From contig NC_068985.1 in NCBI RefSeq assembly GCF_001194135.2, forward strand, positions 87,086,588 through 87,131,131: a stretch of DNA of 44,544 nt. Direction: 5' to 3'. Within the stretch, counting starts at the first letter, position 1. Each line of letters begins with the position of its first letter. This document shows, piece after piece, positions 11,851 to 24,289 of the stretch. Source of the stretch: Octopus bimaculoides (lineage: Eukaryota). Position numbers and translations under genes: made by a program. The notes beneath the pieces were generated by a model. The model searched no databases and was not told where the DNA came from. It saw only the letters and a program-made list of their open reading frames with translations.

Positions 11851-12211
11851 CCAATGTCTGGATTGAACCTGAATCTATGTAACTAGAAGCAAATATGTTC
11901 ATTAGGAAGAGACAAAGAACAACAACTGCGAACACTCAGAACAGAATGCTGTAATACAAAATGGATATCAGTTCAGTGCTCACTTACATTCTATTCAGCA
12001 AAGAAACAAAAAAATGTTTAATTTTCTAATGAAATTTAAATATTTGTGAATAATGTCAGATTTACGTTTATAAACAGCAACCTATTTCAGTTGGTATTGA
12101 TTTATTTAGGCTTTTTTTTTTGTTAACCAAATCAAAGATTTGCTGTCATATTAAATCAGAAATATTTAATGTTTTAGGTTTTTAAAATATTTTTTATTGG
12201 TAAAAATCTAG

Positions 12212-12297
12212 ATATAGAGATATAGAGATCTGCTTTGCCATTGACATCGTGGATCTTCTCTTAGCATTCCAGGATTCCATACTAAATTATTTAAATG
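12212..12297 (+). CDS. Candidate internal exon xYRDIEICFAIDIVDLLLAFQDSILNYLN, phase 2->1
   Basis: Acceptor ...aatctAG| and donor |GTATGC. Open frame giving an amphipathic-helix-like peptide. Phases match the 2140-2213 exon upstream and the 17274-17320 exon downstream. Downstream AGs offer alternative acceptors. Confidence 0.42.
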
Positions 12298-13049
12298 GTA
12301 TGCAGACAGACTAAGATTTTTAAAATGGAAGAAAGAAATTGAAAATAAATAGTTAAATAAATAAACTGATAAGTGAATAGACTATGTAAAAATAAAGAAA
12401 TAACTACAACAAATAGAATTCTGTGATTGCAAATGAGGATTACATTGTTTGTATTGGATATTGTAATGATAGCTTAATATTCCTAGAGAATAAAATACAA
12501 AAAGAAAAGAAACAGAAAGTAATTTTAAAAAAGTAAAAAGAAGAAAAAGGAAAGAAATAAAAGAGAAATATAATGAAGAAGAAAACAAGAAGAAAAAGTC
12601 ATTGAAGACAATTGCACTCTCTTGGCATATATTTTTGGTACCATTTTTAATCCTTTATTATGCATTCAAGAATGCCACTGGAGATAAGAACCAATTGATT
12701 TTGTAGCAGGTATCCAACTGAAATTCCAATAGCATTATTTCATTAATCAATAAATATTAAGATTTCAATCAAGATAGCACTTTTCTTTGACTGAAATACT
12801 AAACCAGAACATAACAACAAATAGTTCCTTACTTCAGCAATTGATAACAGAGTGGCTGTTGATGAATTTATTACTTTTTGCTTCTACTTGTTAGAGATGG
12901 AACTACATGTAAATATGTATGTTTGTGTGTGTCTGCATGTGTATGTCTGTATGCATGTGGGTGCATTTGTATATGTGTATTATGTCTGTTCTTAAAATGA
13001 CTTATTGTTTGCTCAATAAACTCTATCTTAAGGTCATTCAATAGACAAT

Positions 13050-13247
13050 ATGTTTATAGATGGTGAAATTTGATCTCTAGCAAACAACAGCCATCATGAA
13101 GATTCCTATACACATATGCTTTATATATGAAATATAATATAATAGCTCAGTACAACTACAGCTGATTGAATGTAACTAGTAAAAGAGTAAATGATATTGC
13201 CATGCCATATATCAAAATGACATCTTCCAGAACGCTTTGGTAAAAGA
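13050..13247. repeat. Copy 2 of the roughly 195-bp dispersed duplicate
   Basis: See 11360-11555. Confidence 0.8.
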
Positions 13248-13471
13248 TAAATGAACAAAAGTTTAAATTTACTTAGCAGTTTATTTCTTGGTGTTGAAAT
13301 AGTAAATTGTCATAATCATTTTTATACCCATTTTCTACCATGCTGCTAGACTTTAATCATTCTGTATCTGAGAACTTCATCATATCATTGGTACTTGAGA
13401 ATTTATACTTGATGGAACTAAAGAGTCTTCTCTATACTGTAATAATTTCTACTCAGAGTAGTTACCACCAA

Positions 13472-13692
13472 CCCTTTGGCATTTAAACTGATCATATCTG
13501 GCCAAAATATTTTACCTCGTTTATGTTGACACGGACAAGGTTTGACCTCTCACACCTACCATACAATGTCCTTCCAAGACTTAAACAATCACATCATTGA
13601 AATCTCAGCGCTATCAGATAATCCATGATTAATTCAAAACAATGTGAATCAATAAGCATTGGATTTGACCGAGTAATCTGAATGTTGAGGGG
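13472..13692. mobile_element. piggyBac-type MITE
   Basis: Ends CCCTTTGGCATT ... AATGTTGAGGGG are degenerate inverted repeats. Right flank is TTAA; left flank has decayed to CCAA. Confidence 0.6.
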
Positions 13693-15971
13693 TTAAATCA
13701 TGATATAAAAATATTTAAGAAGTTTCCAATAAATATTTTTATATCACCACTCAGCTAAATCCATTTAATTTCCTATGGTTCATGTTGTATCATGAAGGTT
13801 CTCAAAATTTTCTTCCTGGATATCCCTTTAGCATGTCTGGGCAGTTTGGGGGTTGCAGGTCATGAAAATATATTATTTGGTATTAATTTAATTTAATGAG
13901 TCCATTTCCAATCATGATCAGTTTAGTCTTTGATGTTGATAAGAAGAAAAAAAATATATATACTAGTCAAATTCTGGGAGTGGTACTATGAACTTTTCCC
14001 ATCTTCAATTTTTTTTTTTGTGATGTTTTGCAATATTTGTCCTAGTTCTTTGCATTCTGAGTTCAAATCCTTCCATGGATCATAGGTGTAATCTGTTCCC
14101 TGGTTTATTTAACACTACCATAAATTTGGGGACTTTTAGCAGAGAAGACCACTCTGTCAGAAGCATTTGTGATAGATTTCTGGTTTGCAGAAGCAGCAGT
14201 CGTCTTCCTTGTTTCTCTCTAGTCTTGGAGGCACCATAAATAATCAGGAAATTGCTATTTCTCCATGACTACAGAAATTATTTTAAAAATCACAAAAAAA
14301 TGAGATGCAAGCTGAGGCTTAGTTTGGAATTTTGTGTTCAAGTCCATTTAATTTCACATTTATCATCCGTGCAATAGGCAAGGCATGAATGTCATAACTT
14401 CTCATTTTCACTTAGCTATAATTTAATTCTTCATCCTAATTGAGGCAATGAAAGAGCTTTCAAACAGTCAGTCAATCATTTAGAAATAACACAGCCTATC
14501 ATAATAATATGATTTATAAAGTACACTATACTTCAAAACCAAAATTGTGATTGCCACGACTGGAGTGTCATTGATCTGAGATTTAGTCAAATGATATTGA
14601 CCTGGGATTAAGCAATAGCACTTCTTGTCATCATTACTTCTGTTGCTGTCATTGGTGCCGTCATCATCGTTGTTGTTGGTGGTTGTGGTGGTGGCTTTGG
14701 CTATGTCACTGATGTTATCACCATAAATTTTGTCAGAAATGACAAAACTGGGTGTTTTCAGCCCTTTTAGAAGGGTTTAGAGTTATTTTGAGTTAGTCTA
14801 AGGTCTTAAGTTGTTTCAGAGAATAGAATACTGTGGCACTCATTCCACAGTATTGATATAATCAAATGAAATCGTTGCAACTGAGAAGTGAAACCTCAGT
14901 CACATTTTACTGTTGGTTCACTTCTTCCTCTGCAAGGTTTATCAACTCCCCTTCTTGTTCAATAATTACCATCTTTCGTATTGATCGAATGAACAATGAC
15001 ATTGTTACTTTTCACTCTGGTATCTGGCATTTGCCAGTTTGGCTTGCTAAGGGACGACATCTTGTGTCTCATTTCAAACATAAATAAATAATTCTAAGAT
15101 TTGGATTACAGTTGTATTAATCTTGATCAAATTATTTCCCTGCATTGCAGCATCAGCACCGTTAAGGTGAAAAGTTTGTGTTCGTAATACATAACAAGTT
15201 GACATCGAGAAGCAAAGGGTCTCTATGCTAGGAAATGTCTCAATACTCTATAAGCTCTTCTATGAATTCCACTGCTTCCAAAATCTAAACGGGGTTAATT
15301 AGAGATTGTGGAGATGCTGGAGATTATAGATTCAAGAACTTAAAATTTAGTTTCATGGTGCTCTAAAGACATAAATTATTTAGCATATAAGACCATTATT
15401 GTGACACACAGGCAACTTCTGTTTGTATGAAATACATTTAACACTTCAGATATTTAACTGCCAAACTTTACAAATAAAAATTGTATTTATGTAACTCCAT
15501 GTTATTTTCTCTTGTATCCAGCACATATGGTTTTATATTCTGCTTCAAGGTAAACCAAGCCGTTGACCTAGTTTTGATTCTCATTTAGTTGCATGAACTT
15601 TGGTCTTCTGTGTTCAAAACTTGTTGAGGTCAACTTGGAATTTCATCTTCCTGCAGGTGATAAACAAGTAAAGTATCATTCTATAACAGGGGTACAGTTA
15701 TATTTCTATAAAGCCTCCAAGACATAGTTGAAATTATGATGAAATACAAAGTGTACATTCGCTTTATAAAGTACAAAGAGTACATTCCTAAAACAGGAAA
15801 AGCTTGAATGTTATATTTATGTGATGCAATGGATAAGAATATTAACTAACCATTACTGTGAAAACAGAGATATCAAGTTCAAATCCTGTGCTATCCAGGA
15901 ATATGAAACCAGGCAATGACCAAAGACAGTGGAGATGTTAATATTGATTTCAGATTTTGGCCCAAGGCCAG

Positions 15972-16037
15972 CAGTTTCTAGTGATGGGAAATCAACAGTT
16001 TCTAGTGATGGGAAATCAACATTTCCCATCACTAGAA
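15972..16037. repeat. 24-bp tandem duplication plus a perfect 17-bp inverted repeat
   Basis: cagtttctagtgatgggaaatcaa occurs twice (15972, 15996). ttctagtgatgggaaat(16000-16016), caac, atttcccatcactagaa(16021-16037) form a perfect hairpin. Confidence 0.92.
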
Positions 16038-17273
16038 TTATCCGTCAAATGTAAATAATGTAAATATTGTTTTTGTTATTTACATTCTGACAATAGAACT
16101 TTTCGTCTTTGTTTGAAAGCAGTTGCTGCTTCAGTGGAACAATTGAAAACAGAACACCAAACACTTTACAAGGCATTATTGATATCACTTGAAGTGTTGT
16201 AGCAGCATCAGTTCAAGAAGAGGTGCCTGACCCATAACAAAAGGAAAAGGTCCTCTCTACCTGCTATACTTTAGATACAGGGTATGAGATACCTTTTAAC
16301 CTAGTGTCAGCAGTAGAGATGTTGCCTTCTCACTAGCAAGACAGAAACATCCTGAAAGATCCCAAGGAATCGTGTCTATACTATGTCTTTAATTATCTGA
16401 GGCAACATAATTGACTTGATGAATAGGAAAGGAATGTGATGAAGGAAAGACAACAAGAAAGAGGAAGGTGGGTGTGTGGGTGATAAGGAGAGGGGAGAAT
16501 TAGATAAACACACACACACACATGAACACACACGTGCACACACACATGTGTACACAGACACACACATACACACACATACACACACATCCTAATTAATAAT
16601 TGGCATTGTTTTGCACATTGTTCTTACTTTTAGGTTTGAATCTGTTGTCAAATGACTGCTATTAATTAACCAGATTTTCTTCATCTTTTTTTTGTCTGGA
16701 AATACACATACACATTCACACATACATTCATACTGTTACACATGCACGTACATGCACTCACACTCATATAACACCGACATGCACACACACATAGACACAC
16801 ATGCACATAGATAGATACATACACACATATACAACCACATAGATGTATGTACATATTTGTGTGTTTAATTTTAGAATAGCAATAGAGAAAATATTGATAA
16901 TTAATTGCGATTATTTGACGACAAATTCAAACTGTAACTAAGAGTAATGTGTGCAAAAAAGAAAAATTGTTAATAATTATTAATTATATTATATTAATTA
17001 TACAATAATATATTTGGTTAACATAAAATATATCTTTTCATGGTTGAAATAATGTTATTTTATATTGGGAAGTAAAAATAACAAAACAACAACAAAACGT
17101 TACTCGTATCTCATTGTACGACTGTGTCAATTAAATTAATTCTGAGTAATTATGAATTATATAACTGACAGAATGTAATTTAAATTCATCTTATGTAAAA
17201 ATATGAATCCTAATATTTTCAAAATAATGATTAACGACAAACAACCCATGCATAACAATTAATTTCTCTTTAG

Positions 17274-17320
17274 AATTATTGATTTCAGAATATGTAACTG
17301 AATTAGGAAGAAATCTACCA
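17274..17320 (+). CDS. Candidate internal exon (E)LLISEYVTELGRNLP, phase 1->0
   Basis: Acceptor aatttctctttAG|, with an alternative in-frame acceptor gatttcAG| at 17289, and consensus donor |GTAAGT at 17321. Confidence 0.45.
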
Positions 17321-17834
17321 GTAAGTTTAATATGTCTGTACTGTCACAACCTCTGCCAGAAGATTCTTGAAGAAGTCTATAAAGTTATATAGGTTTTGTT
17401 ATTAAATTCATCAAGTTATGGCAGTAATCGGAGAGCAGAGTCTTTCTGTTTCTTTCTTTTCAGTCAATGCATGGAGTTATAATAGGAAAAATATTTATGT
17501 TATAAATGAAATGACTGTAGATTAGACAGGAGAAGTGGTGATGGCTTTTAATTGAATCTAAATTAGGGAAAAGGTTTTACCATAGATGGTGCATGCATAT
17601 GATGAATGCTGTTAGAACTAGTCCTGTGTTAGTTACATATTGGTACATAATCTCTCAGCCAACAACCTTCATAGACTCTCTTAGACTAATGAGATTCATC
17701 CCATAAAGGTACTTCTTAACTTTTATGTTTACCATATTTCTAATTGAAATACATTGCCTTTTCTTTCAATTATTTTTGAAAAAATGAAGAATTCTGAAAA
17801 ATAAACTTTCCATTATGACAATGGCGCTTGGAAG

Positions 17835-18006
17835 ATCATCATCATCATCATCGTTTAACGTCCGCTTTCCATGCTACCATGGGTTGGACGATTTGACTGA
17901 GGACTGGTGAACCAGATGGCTACACTAGGCTCCAATCTGATTTGGCATAATTTCTACAGCAGGATGCCCTTCCTAACACCAACCACTCCGAGAGTGTAGT
18001 GGGTGC
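17835..18006 (-). mobile_element. Family 5 retroposon, 3' portion, antisense
   Basis: (CAT)n-cgtttaacgtccgctttccatgc...gtagtgggtgc. Confidence 0.85.
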
Positions 18007-18049
18007 AAAAATGTAATTTAGATCACTTTAACACTTTTGTTTCCATTTG

Positions 18050-18380
18050 GAACGTGCTGGTGGCACAGGAAAAGTGCCATCTGAATGTGGTCGATGCCAG
18101 TCTCTCCACTGACTGGCTCCTGTGCCAGTGGAATGTTAAAAGCACCATCCAAATGTGGTCGATACCAGTGCTGCCTGACTGGCTCTTATGCTGGTGGCAC
18201 ATAAAAAGCACCCACTACACTCTTGGAGTGGTTGGTGTTAGGAAGGGCATCCAACCGTAGAAACATTGCCAGATCAGATTGGAACCTGGTGCAGCCTTCT
18301 GGCTTGCCAATCCCCAGCCAAACTGTCCAACCCATGCCAGCATGGAAAACGAATGTTAAATGATGATGACAATGATGATA
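18050..18380 (+). mobile_element. Family 5 retroposon, sense, with degenerate ~60-bp internal repeats and (GAT)n tail
   Basis: 18208-18380 is the reverse complement of 17835-18006 with scattered mismatches. Confidence 0.85.
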
Positions 18381-18583
18381 ATGAAACTGACATGAAATTT
18401 TAATGGGAGATTGAAAATGAACAATGCTACTTGTATGATTGTGTTTTACAACTAACGATCACATGATATCAAGATAAGGTAAAACAATACAAACATACAA
18501 ACATACAAATTCACAGCTATACCAGTAATTAGAGTATTTAGTTTTGTGAGTAAATACTTAAGTAGCAATTTGACAATCTAGAT

Positions 18584-18903
18584 CAGTGGTTCTCAACTGG
18601 GGACCATATAAGATTTCTAGGGTCCATGCAACAAAATCATGAACTGAGATCCACAATGGTATTTTAAGGCTCCCTGTAAACATTTTGCTTTAGATGTGTG
18701 TCATTGGTTATGTAGTGCAAGAAACAGCTGGGTTGCTTTCTTTAGCATTTTACATAAATCAAACTATACAAGTTTATGTGCGAGAAACAAAGTAGGAAGT
18801 TTGAAAGAAGTTTCTATAAAACTAGTTTTTAAACATCAAATTGCTATTGAGGACCACAAGAATGAAATTTTAATCAAAAGGGGTCCATTGTTGGGAACCC
18901 CTA
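18584..18903. mobile_element. hAT/Charlie-type MITE (320 bp)
   Basis: TIRs CAGTGGTTCTCAAC and GTTGGGAACCCCTA. Identical 8-bp TSD ATCTAGAT at 18576-18583 and 18904-18911, matching the NTCTAGAN target preference of Charlie elements. Confidence 0.9.
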
Positions 18904-19349
18904 ATCTAGATAAACTAATGGATTTAAGAGAAAGAAATCAAACAATTCAAATACAATGTGTAAGTGGAACAGTAAAAATGTGCAAGACGTTTCTCAAGTT
19001 TAAAATGTGACATTGTTTTCATTACTTACATTCCAATAACTGAGTTTTGTATCTTTGTTAGAACTTATGAAGAAAGACAGAGAAAACAAATTGGTTGCTT
19101 TTTTAGAAAAGAAAGAAAAAGGAACAAAAAAAATGTCAAATAAAGGCCTGGGCGTAGAAGGAAGAGGGAGATGCAAGGGTTGAGGTAGGAGGATGAGACT
19201 GTGAACAAGTTATTTTGTCTGTACATAAGCTATAATGGTTGTATTGACCTGTACAAGGCAAAAAGTCAAATAGTCAAATAAAATATGTTTCCAATATTGT
19301 TATTATATCAAAAATAAAACAATAAGACATAGAAATCTTATATAATGGC

Positions 19350-19353
<4 letters not shown>

Positions 19354-19430
<77 letters not shown>

Positions 19431-19432
19431 CT
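19354..19432. repeat. (AAT)n microsatellite
   Basis: Directly visible. Confidence 0.97.
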
Positions 19433-19972
19433 AATAATAGTAAACACTTTTCCTCAAAATACTCTCCCCATCTAAAATATATTTTTGCAAATAATTTATG
19501 AGTATGTCACATGCCTTTCACTAAATAAAGTAGAAAAATCTAATTTTGACTTACTAGNNNNNNNNNNNNNNNNNNNNNNNNNNNNNNNNNNNNNNNNNNN
19601 NNNNNNNNNNNNNNNNNNNNNNNNNNNNNNNNNNNNNNNNNNNNNNNNNNNNNNNNNNNNNNNNNNNNNNNNNNNNNNNNNNNNNNNNNNNNNNNNNNNN
19701 NNNNNNNNNNNNNNNNNNNNNNNNNNNNNNNNNNNNNNNNNNNNNNNNNNNNNNNNNNNNNNNNNNNNNNNNNNNNNNNNNNNNNNNNNNNNNNNNNNNN
19801 NNNNNNNNNNNNNNNNNNNNNNNNNNNNNNNNNNNNNNNNNNNNNNNNNNNNNNNNNNNNNNNNNNNNNNNNNNNNNNNNNNNNNNNNNNNNNNNNNNNN
19901 NNNNNNNNNNNNNNNNNNNNNNNNNNNNNNNNNNNNNNNNNNNNNNNNNNNNNNNNNNNNNNNNNNNNNNNN

Positions 19973-20020
<48 letters not shown>

Positions 20021-20532
20021 GCATAAGAAATATACATATGCCTATGTCTATATATATATGTCAAGATTATCACTATCATCATCATTTTAACATCCTTCTT
20101 CCTGCTTGCATATGAGTCAGATGGAATTCATTGAGACAGATTGTCTATAGCAGGATGCCTTCCCTGTTGCCAACACATGCATGTTTCCAAGTAACATAAT
20201 ATTTCTCCTCAGTTAGATGTGTTTCATCTATACATATATACACACACATATAAGCATATATATATGTAGTTTACTGTTCTGCTAAGGTAAGATTAACAAA
20301 GAGGTACTCCATCCACTGAAAGATAAATATCATTTCATGTACACTGTATAAAGATATGAGCTACTGATGGTTTCTTGCTGTGAAGATACCTGGCTTGGTA
20401 GGTATTATAATGTGTCTTCTATCTCCAAGCAATCTTTGAGCTCTGAACATCTAGTCTGTTCTATTTGAATATCAGAATAGATGTTGGTACATGAGAAACC
20501 ACAAGAAAAACGAGAAGAAGGGTGATGATGTA

Positions 20533-20750
20533 CATCATCATCGTCATTTAACGTCTGCTTTCCATGCTAGCATGGGTTAGATGCTTTGACTGCAACTGGT
20601 AAACCGGAGAGATGCACCATCTTCCAATCTGATTTGGCATGGTTTCTATGCCTGGATGCCCTACCTAATGCCAACTACTCCAGGAATGTAATGGGTGCTT
20701 TTATGTGCCACCAGCTCAGGTGCTGTTTACATGGCACCAGCAACGACCAT
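20533..20750 (-). mobile_element. Family 5 retroposon, 3' portion
   Basis: Homologous to 17835-18006 and extending into the internal repeat region. Confidence 0.8.
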
Positions 20751-20964
20751 GACTAGGATAGTGAGATAAAGACAGTTATGGCTGGTTCATTGGGTTAACC
20801 AGAGTTTTTGTGTCCATAATGTGCTTAGCTTCACATATTTTTTGTCAGACCCTAATAGCCAGTGGCCTTTAACCTCTGTTTGAAGCAGAGGGAGAAAAGG
20901 TCACAAGGCTACTTTTTGATCACATAAACAAAGAGAGAAAGGTCAAGTGTAAGGAATTGTCTCC

Positions 20965-21195
20965 CTTAGACCACTATCCAGAATCCATTCACTCATCTTG
21001 TGGGTTCCCAGTAGAAATCGTGTGAAATGTAAGCAGGGGCTGAAGATTTTCTTCCTACAAGTTAAAATATTCCCCAGTTTGAGGGAGTTCGTTAATATCC
21101 TGGCCTATTCTGCCATGTACAGCCTGCAATGTTTGCTCCTGTTCATGTAGGCTTTTCTAGGATCTTCAATGTGTTTACATGTGGAGTCCCTTCGT
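20965..21195 (-). mobile_element. Decayed LINE AP-endonuclease N-terminal fragment (RTE-like)
   Basis: Minus frames give GTPHVNTLKILEKP (like GTWNVRTL), DINELPQTGE (like ..E.R.TG) and VNGFWIVV (like .NGVGI.V), with stops and frameshifts. Resemblance judged by eye. Confidence 0.35.
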
Positions 21196-21632
21196 CCTTC
21201 AGGCACCACATGTGGCTAGCCAAGGGGATGGCATAACGTCACTCTCGGACCCCAAATAAGGATTTATGGTTGGAGAAGAACTGCTTCAAGGTGTTTCTGG
21301 AACATATTTTCAAATGCTGCTGTTTACATTGCTGTTTCTGTTGATGTTGGTGCTGCTACTTCTGGTGTACCATAGCATACCATTCACATATTCAACCTCT
21401 CCCTGTGGATCACTTGGGAGATTCCAGTAGATGTGTCCTTATTAAATTGTTTTAAAAGACATTTTAAAATAAGGACATTGTAATCCCTGGATGTGCGGAT
21501 TACATTCAGTGTTCTGGTGATAATCTATTTCTTATAACTCTCACTGAATTGGCTTCTCAAGGGAATTAAAATATTTAATCTATATCATACAATGCTCCAT
21601 GTAAATATATACAATCATCATTTAACAACCAC

Positions 21633-21684
<52 letters not shown>

Positions 21685-22232
21685 CACANNNNNNNNNNNN
21701 NNNNNNNNNNNNNNNNNNNNNNNNNNNNNNNNNNNNNNNNNNNNNNNNNNNNNNNNNNNNNNNNNNNNNNNNNNNNNNNNNNNNNNNNNNNNNNNNNNNN
21801 NNNNNNNNNNNNNNNNNNNNNNNNNNNNNNNNNNNNNNNNNNNNNNNNNNNNNNNNNNNNNNNNNNNNNNNNNNNNNNNNNNNNNNNNNNNNNNNNNNNN
21901 NNNNNNNNNNNNNNNNNNNNNNNNNNNNNNNNNNNNNNNNNNNNNNNNNNNNNNNNNNNNNNNNNNNNNNNNNNNNNNNNNNNNNNNNNNNNNNNNNNNN
22001 NNNNNNNNNNNNNNNNNNNNNNNNNNNNNNNNNNNNNNNNNNNNNNNNNNNNNNNNNNNNNNNNNNNNNNNNNNNNNNNNNNNNNNNNNNNNNNNNNNNN
22101 NNNNNNNNNNNNNNNNNNNNNNNNNNNNNNNNNNNNNNNNNNNNNNNNNNNNNNNNNNNNNNNNNNNNNNNNNNNNNNNNNNNNNNNNNNNNNNNNNNNN
22201 NNNNNNNNNNNNNNNNNNNNNNNNNNNNNNNN

Positions 22233-22602
22233 ATGTGTGGAAGACACATGAAAGCTTTCGAGCGGGATCGATGCCAGTGCCCCTGGACTGGCTCATGTGC
22301 GGGCGACACATGAAATCATTCGAGCGAGATCGTTGCCGGTGCCCCTGGACTGGCTCTTGTGTGGGTGGCACATAAAAGACACCATTTCGAGCATGGCCGT
22401 TTTCGTGCGGGTGACACGTAAAAGCACCCACTACACTCTCTGAGTGGTTGGCGTTAGGAAGGGCATCCAGCTGTAGAAACTCTGCCAAATTAGATTGGAG
22501 CCTGGTGTTGCCATCCGGTTTCACCAGTCCTCAGTCAAATCGTCCAACCCATGCTAGCATGGAAGGCGGACGTTAAACGATGATGATAATGATGATGATG
22601 AT
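22233..22602 (+). mobile_element. Family 5 retroposon, young CpG-rich copy with ~62-bp internal tandem repeats
   Basis: Repeated cgagcg(g/a)gatcg(a/t)tgcc(a/g)gtgcccctggactggctc units, then the family 5 3' end ending ggacgttaaacgatgatg. The 5' end is lost in the gap. Confidence 0.88.
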
Positions 22603-22821
22603 AAATAGATAGATAGATACATACATACATGCATGCATACAAACATACATATATGTATATAGACATGTATGTATGTATGTATGTATAAAATCTGTAGCTG
22701 GCCTTATTGGCATTGCTTTCTAAATCACGGCTTTTGTCATGTTTCCCAATGCTTCAAGCAAGCTACAATTCTTCTGTATATCGTGTATATTCACCAATAC
22801 ATAAATGTTTATAAACACGCG

Positions 22822-22880
<59 letters not shown>

Positions 22881-23119
22881 GCACACTCACTCACACCTGT
22901 GCACACACTTCTGGCAGTGCTGACCATCTCAAACTTGGCTGACTGATTTCCAATTTTCCAATTAAAACTGATCAACTTAATTATTGTGAACCTTACTGAT
23001 GCCTTCCACTCAGGTCAATGGTCATGTGACTTCAACGGCTGGACTGAGTGTCTTGAATATATATACAGTGATCAACAAACATACTCTATGCTTACACAAG
23101 CACACACATATATATACGC

Positions 23120-23160
<41 letters not shown>

Positions 23161-23385
23161 TATATACACATACATATAGATATATAAAAATTAATATAGT
23201 CAGCAGTGTGCAATGTTTCAGGAAAAAACACCTACGCTGCCAGAAATAAGAGCTAAAAAACTCTAATGCTGTAGTTAAAGCACATAATAATTCCTAGCAA
23301 TGTAGGTATTCTAACACCCTAGTCATATATAGGGACAATTATACATACATACATACATACACATATTCACACACACACACACACA

Positions 23386-23390
23386 CCATT

Positions 23391-23429
<39 letters not shown>

Positions 23430-23572
23430 GTTTAACATCTATTGTCCATGCTGGCATGGGTTAGACGGTTTGATTGGACTGGCACACTGGAAGGCTGCAC
23501 CAGGATCCAGTCTGATTTGGAAGGGTTTTCTACAGCTGGATGCCTTTCCTAACGCTAACTCATTCCAGGAGT
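23386..23572 (-). mobile_element. Family 5 retroposon, 3' portion
   Basis: (CAT)n-cgtttaacatc...gctggatgcctttcctaacgc. Confidence 0.8.
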
Positions 23573-23629
23573 GTCTAAAATTAATCAGGTCAGACATGGG
23601 TCTCAGTAATAACAACAGCCAATGAAATA

Positions 23630-23830
23630 TCGATTTTAAATTTTTGTCTCAAGATCAGCAATTTCAAGGGTGGTGATAAAGTGATTAAATCGACCCCAAG
23701 TGTCCAACTGGTATTTATTTTATCAACTCTGAAAGGATGGATGGTAAAGTCAACCTCAGAGGAATTTGAAACCAGAACGTAAAAGACAGGCTAAATGGGT
23801 CTAAATAATGGTTCTGCCTGTTTCCTGCCT
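23630..23830 (-). mobile_element. SINE family 2 (degenerate)
   Basis: caactggtatttattttatcaactctgaaaggatg...ggaatttgaaaccagaacgtaaa. Confidence 0.72.
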
Positions 23831-24238
23831 TTGGACAAGCAAATATTTGTAGCAGCTGAATGAAGCTTGCAGCATTGCCTAGTGGGGGTTTTGTGAAACC
23901 TATAGGAAGATACTTCTTCGTTTCCCCTCACATTGCAACACGAAAGTAGAAAGCCAATTGTTAATCTATTACAATGCTTTAAAGATATTTAATTGCTACT
24001 TGAGAATATCAAGTAACAGCTTTTCAAAACTACATTTTGTGGGTCTTATTAATGAGCAAGTAGATGATGCATGTGCACACACACACACACACAAACACAT
24101 ACGCACACACACACTAATATGTGTATATACGCATGTATATGTGCATATAAGCATACATTTTCATATAGGTATACGTACTTGTGTGTGTATATGAATATGT
24201 ATTATCTGTATGCACGTTTATATGTGTATACACACATT

Positions 24239-24289
<51 letters not shown>

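Noticed and set aside
15589-15656. Alternative phase 2->1 exon CMNFGLLCSKLVEVNLEFHLPA
   Set aside because: The donor GTGATA is weak and the site looks more like an acceptor. The 12212-12297 candidate fits the same slot with a better donor. Not excluded entirely.
14770-15700. Possible CR1/L2 LINE 3' remnant on the minus strand (RFHFS...LWNE..SET)
   Set aside because: Only a few residues match across several frameshifts, which is too weak to call.
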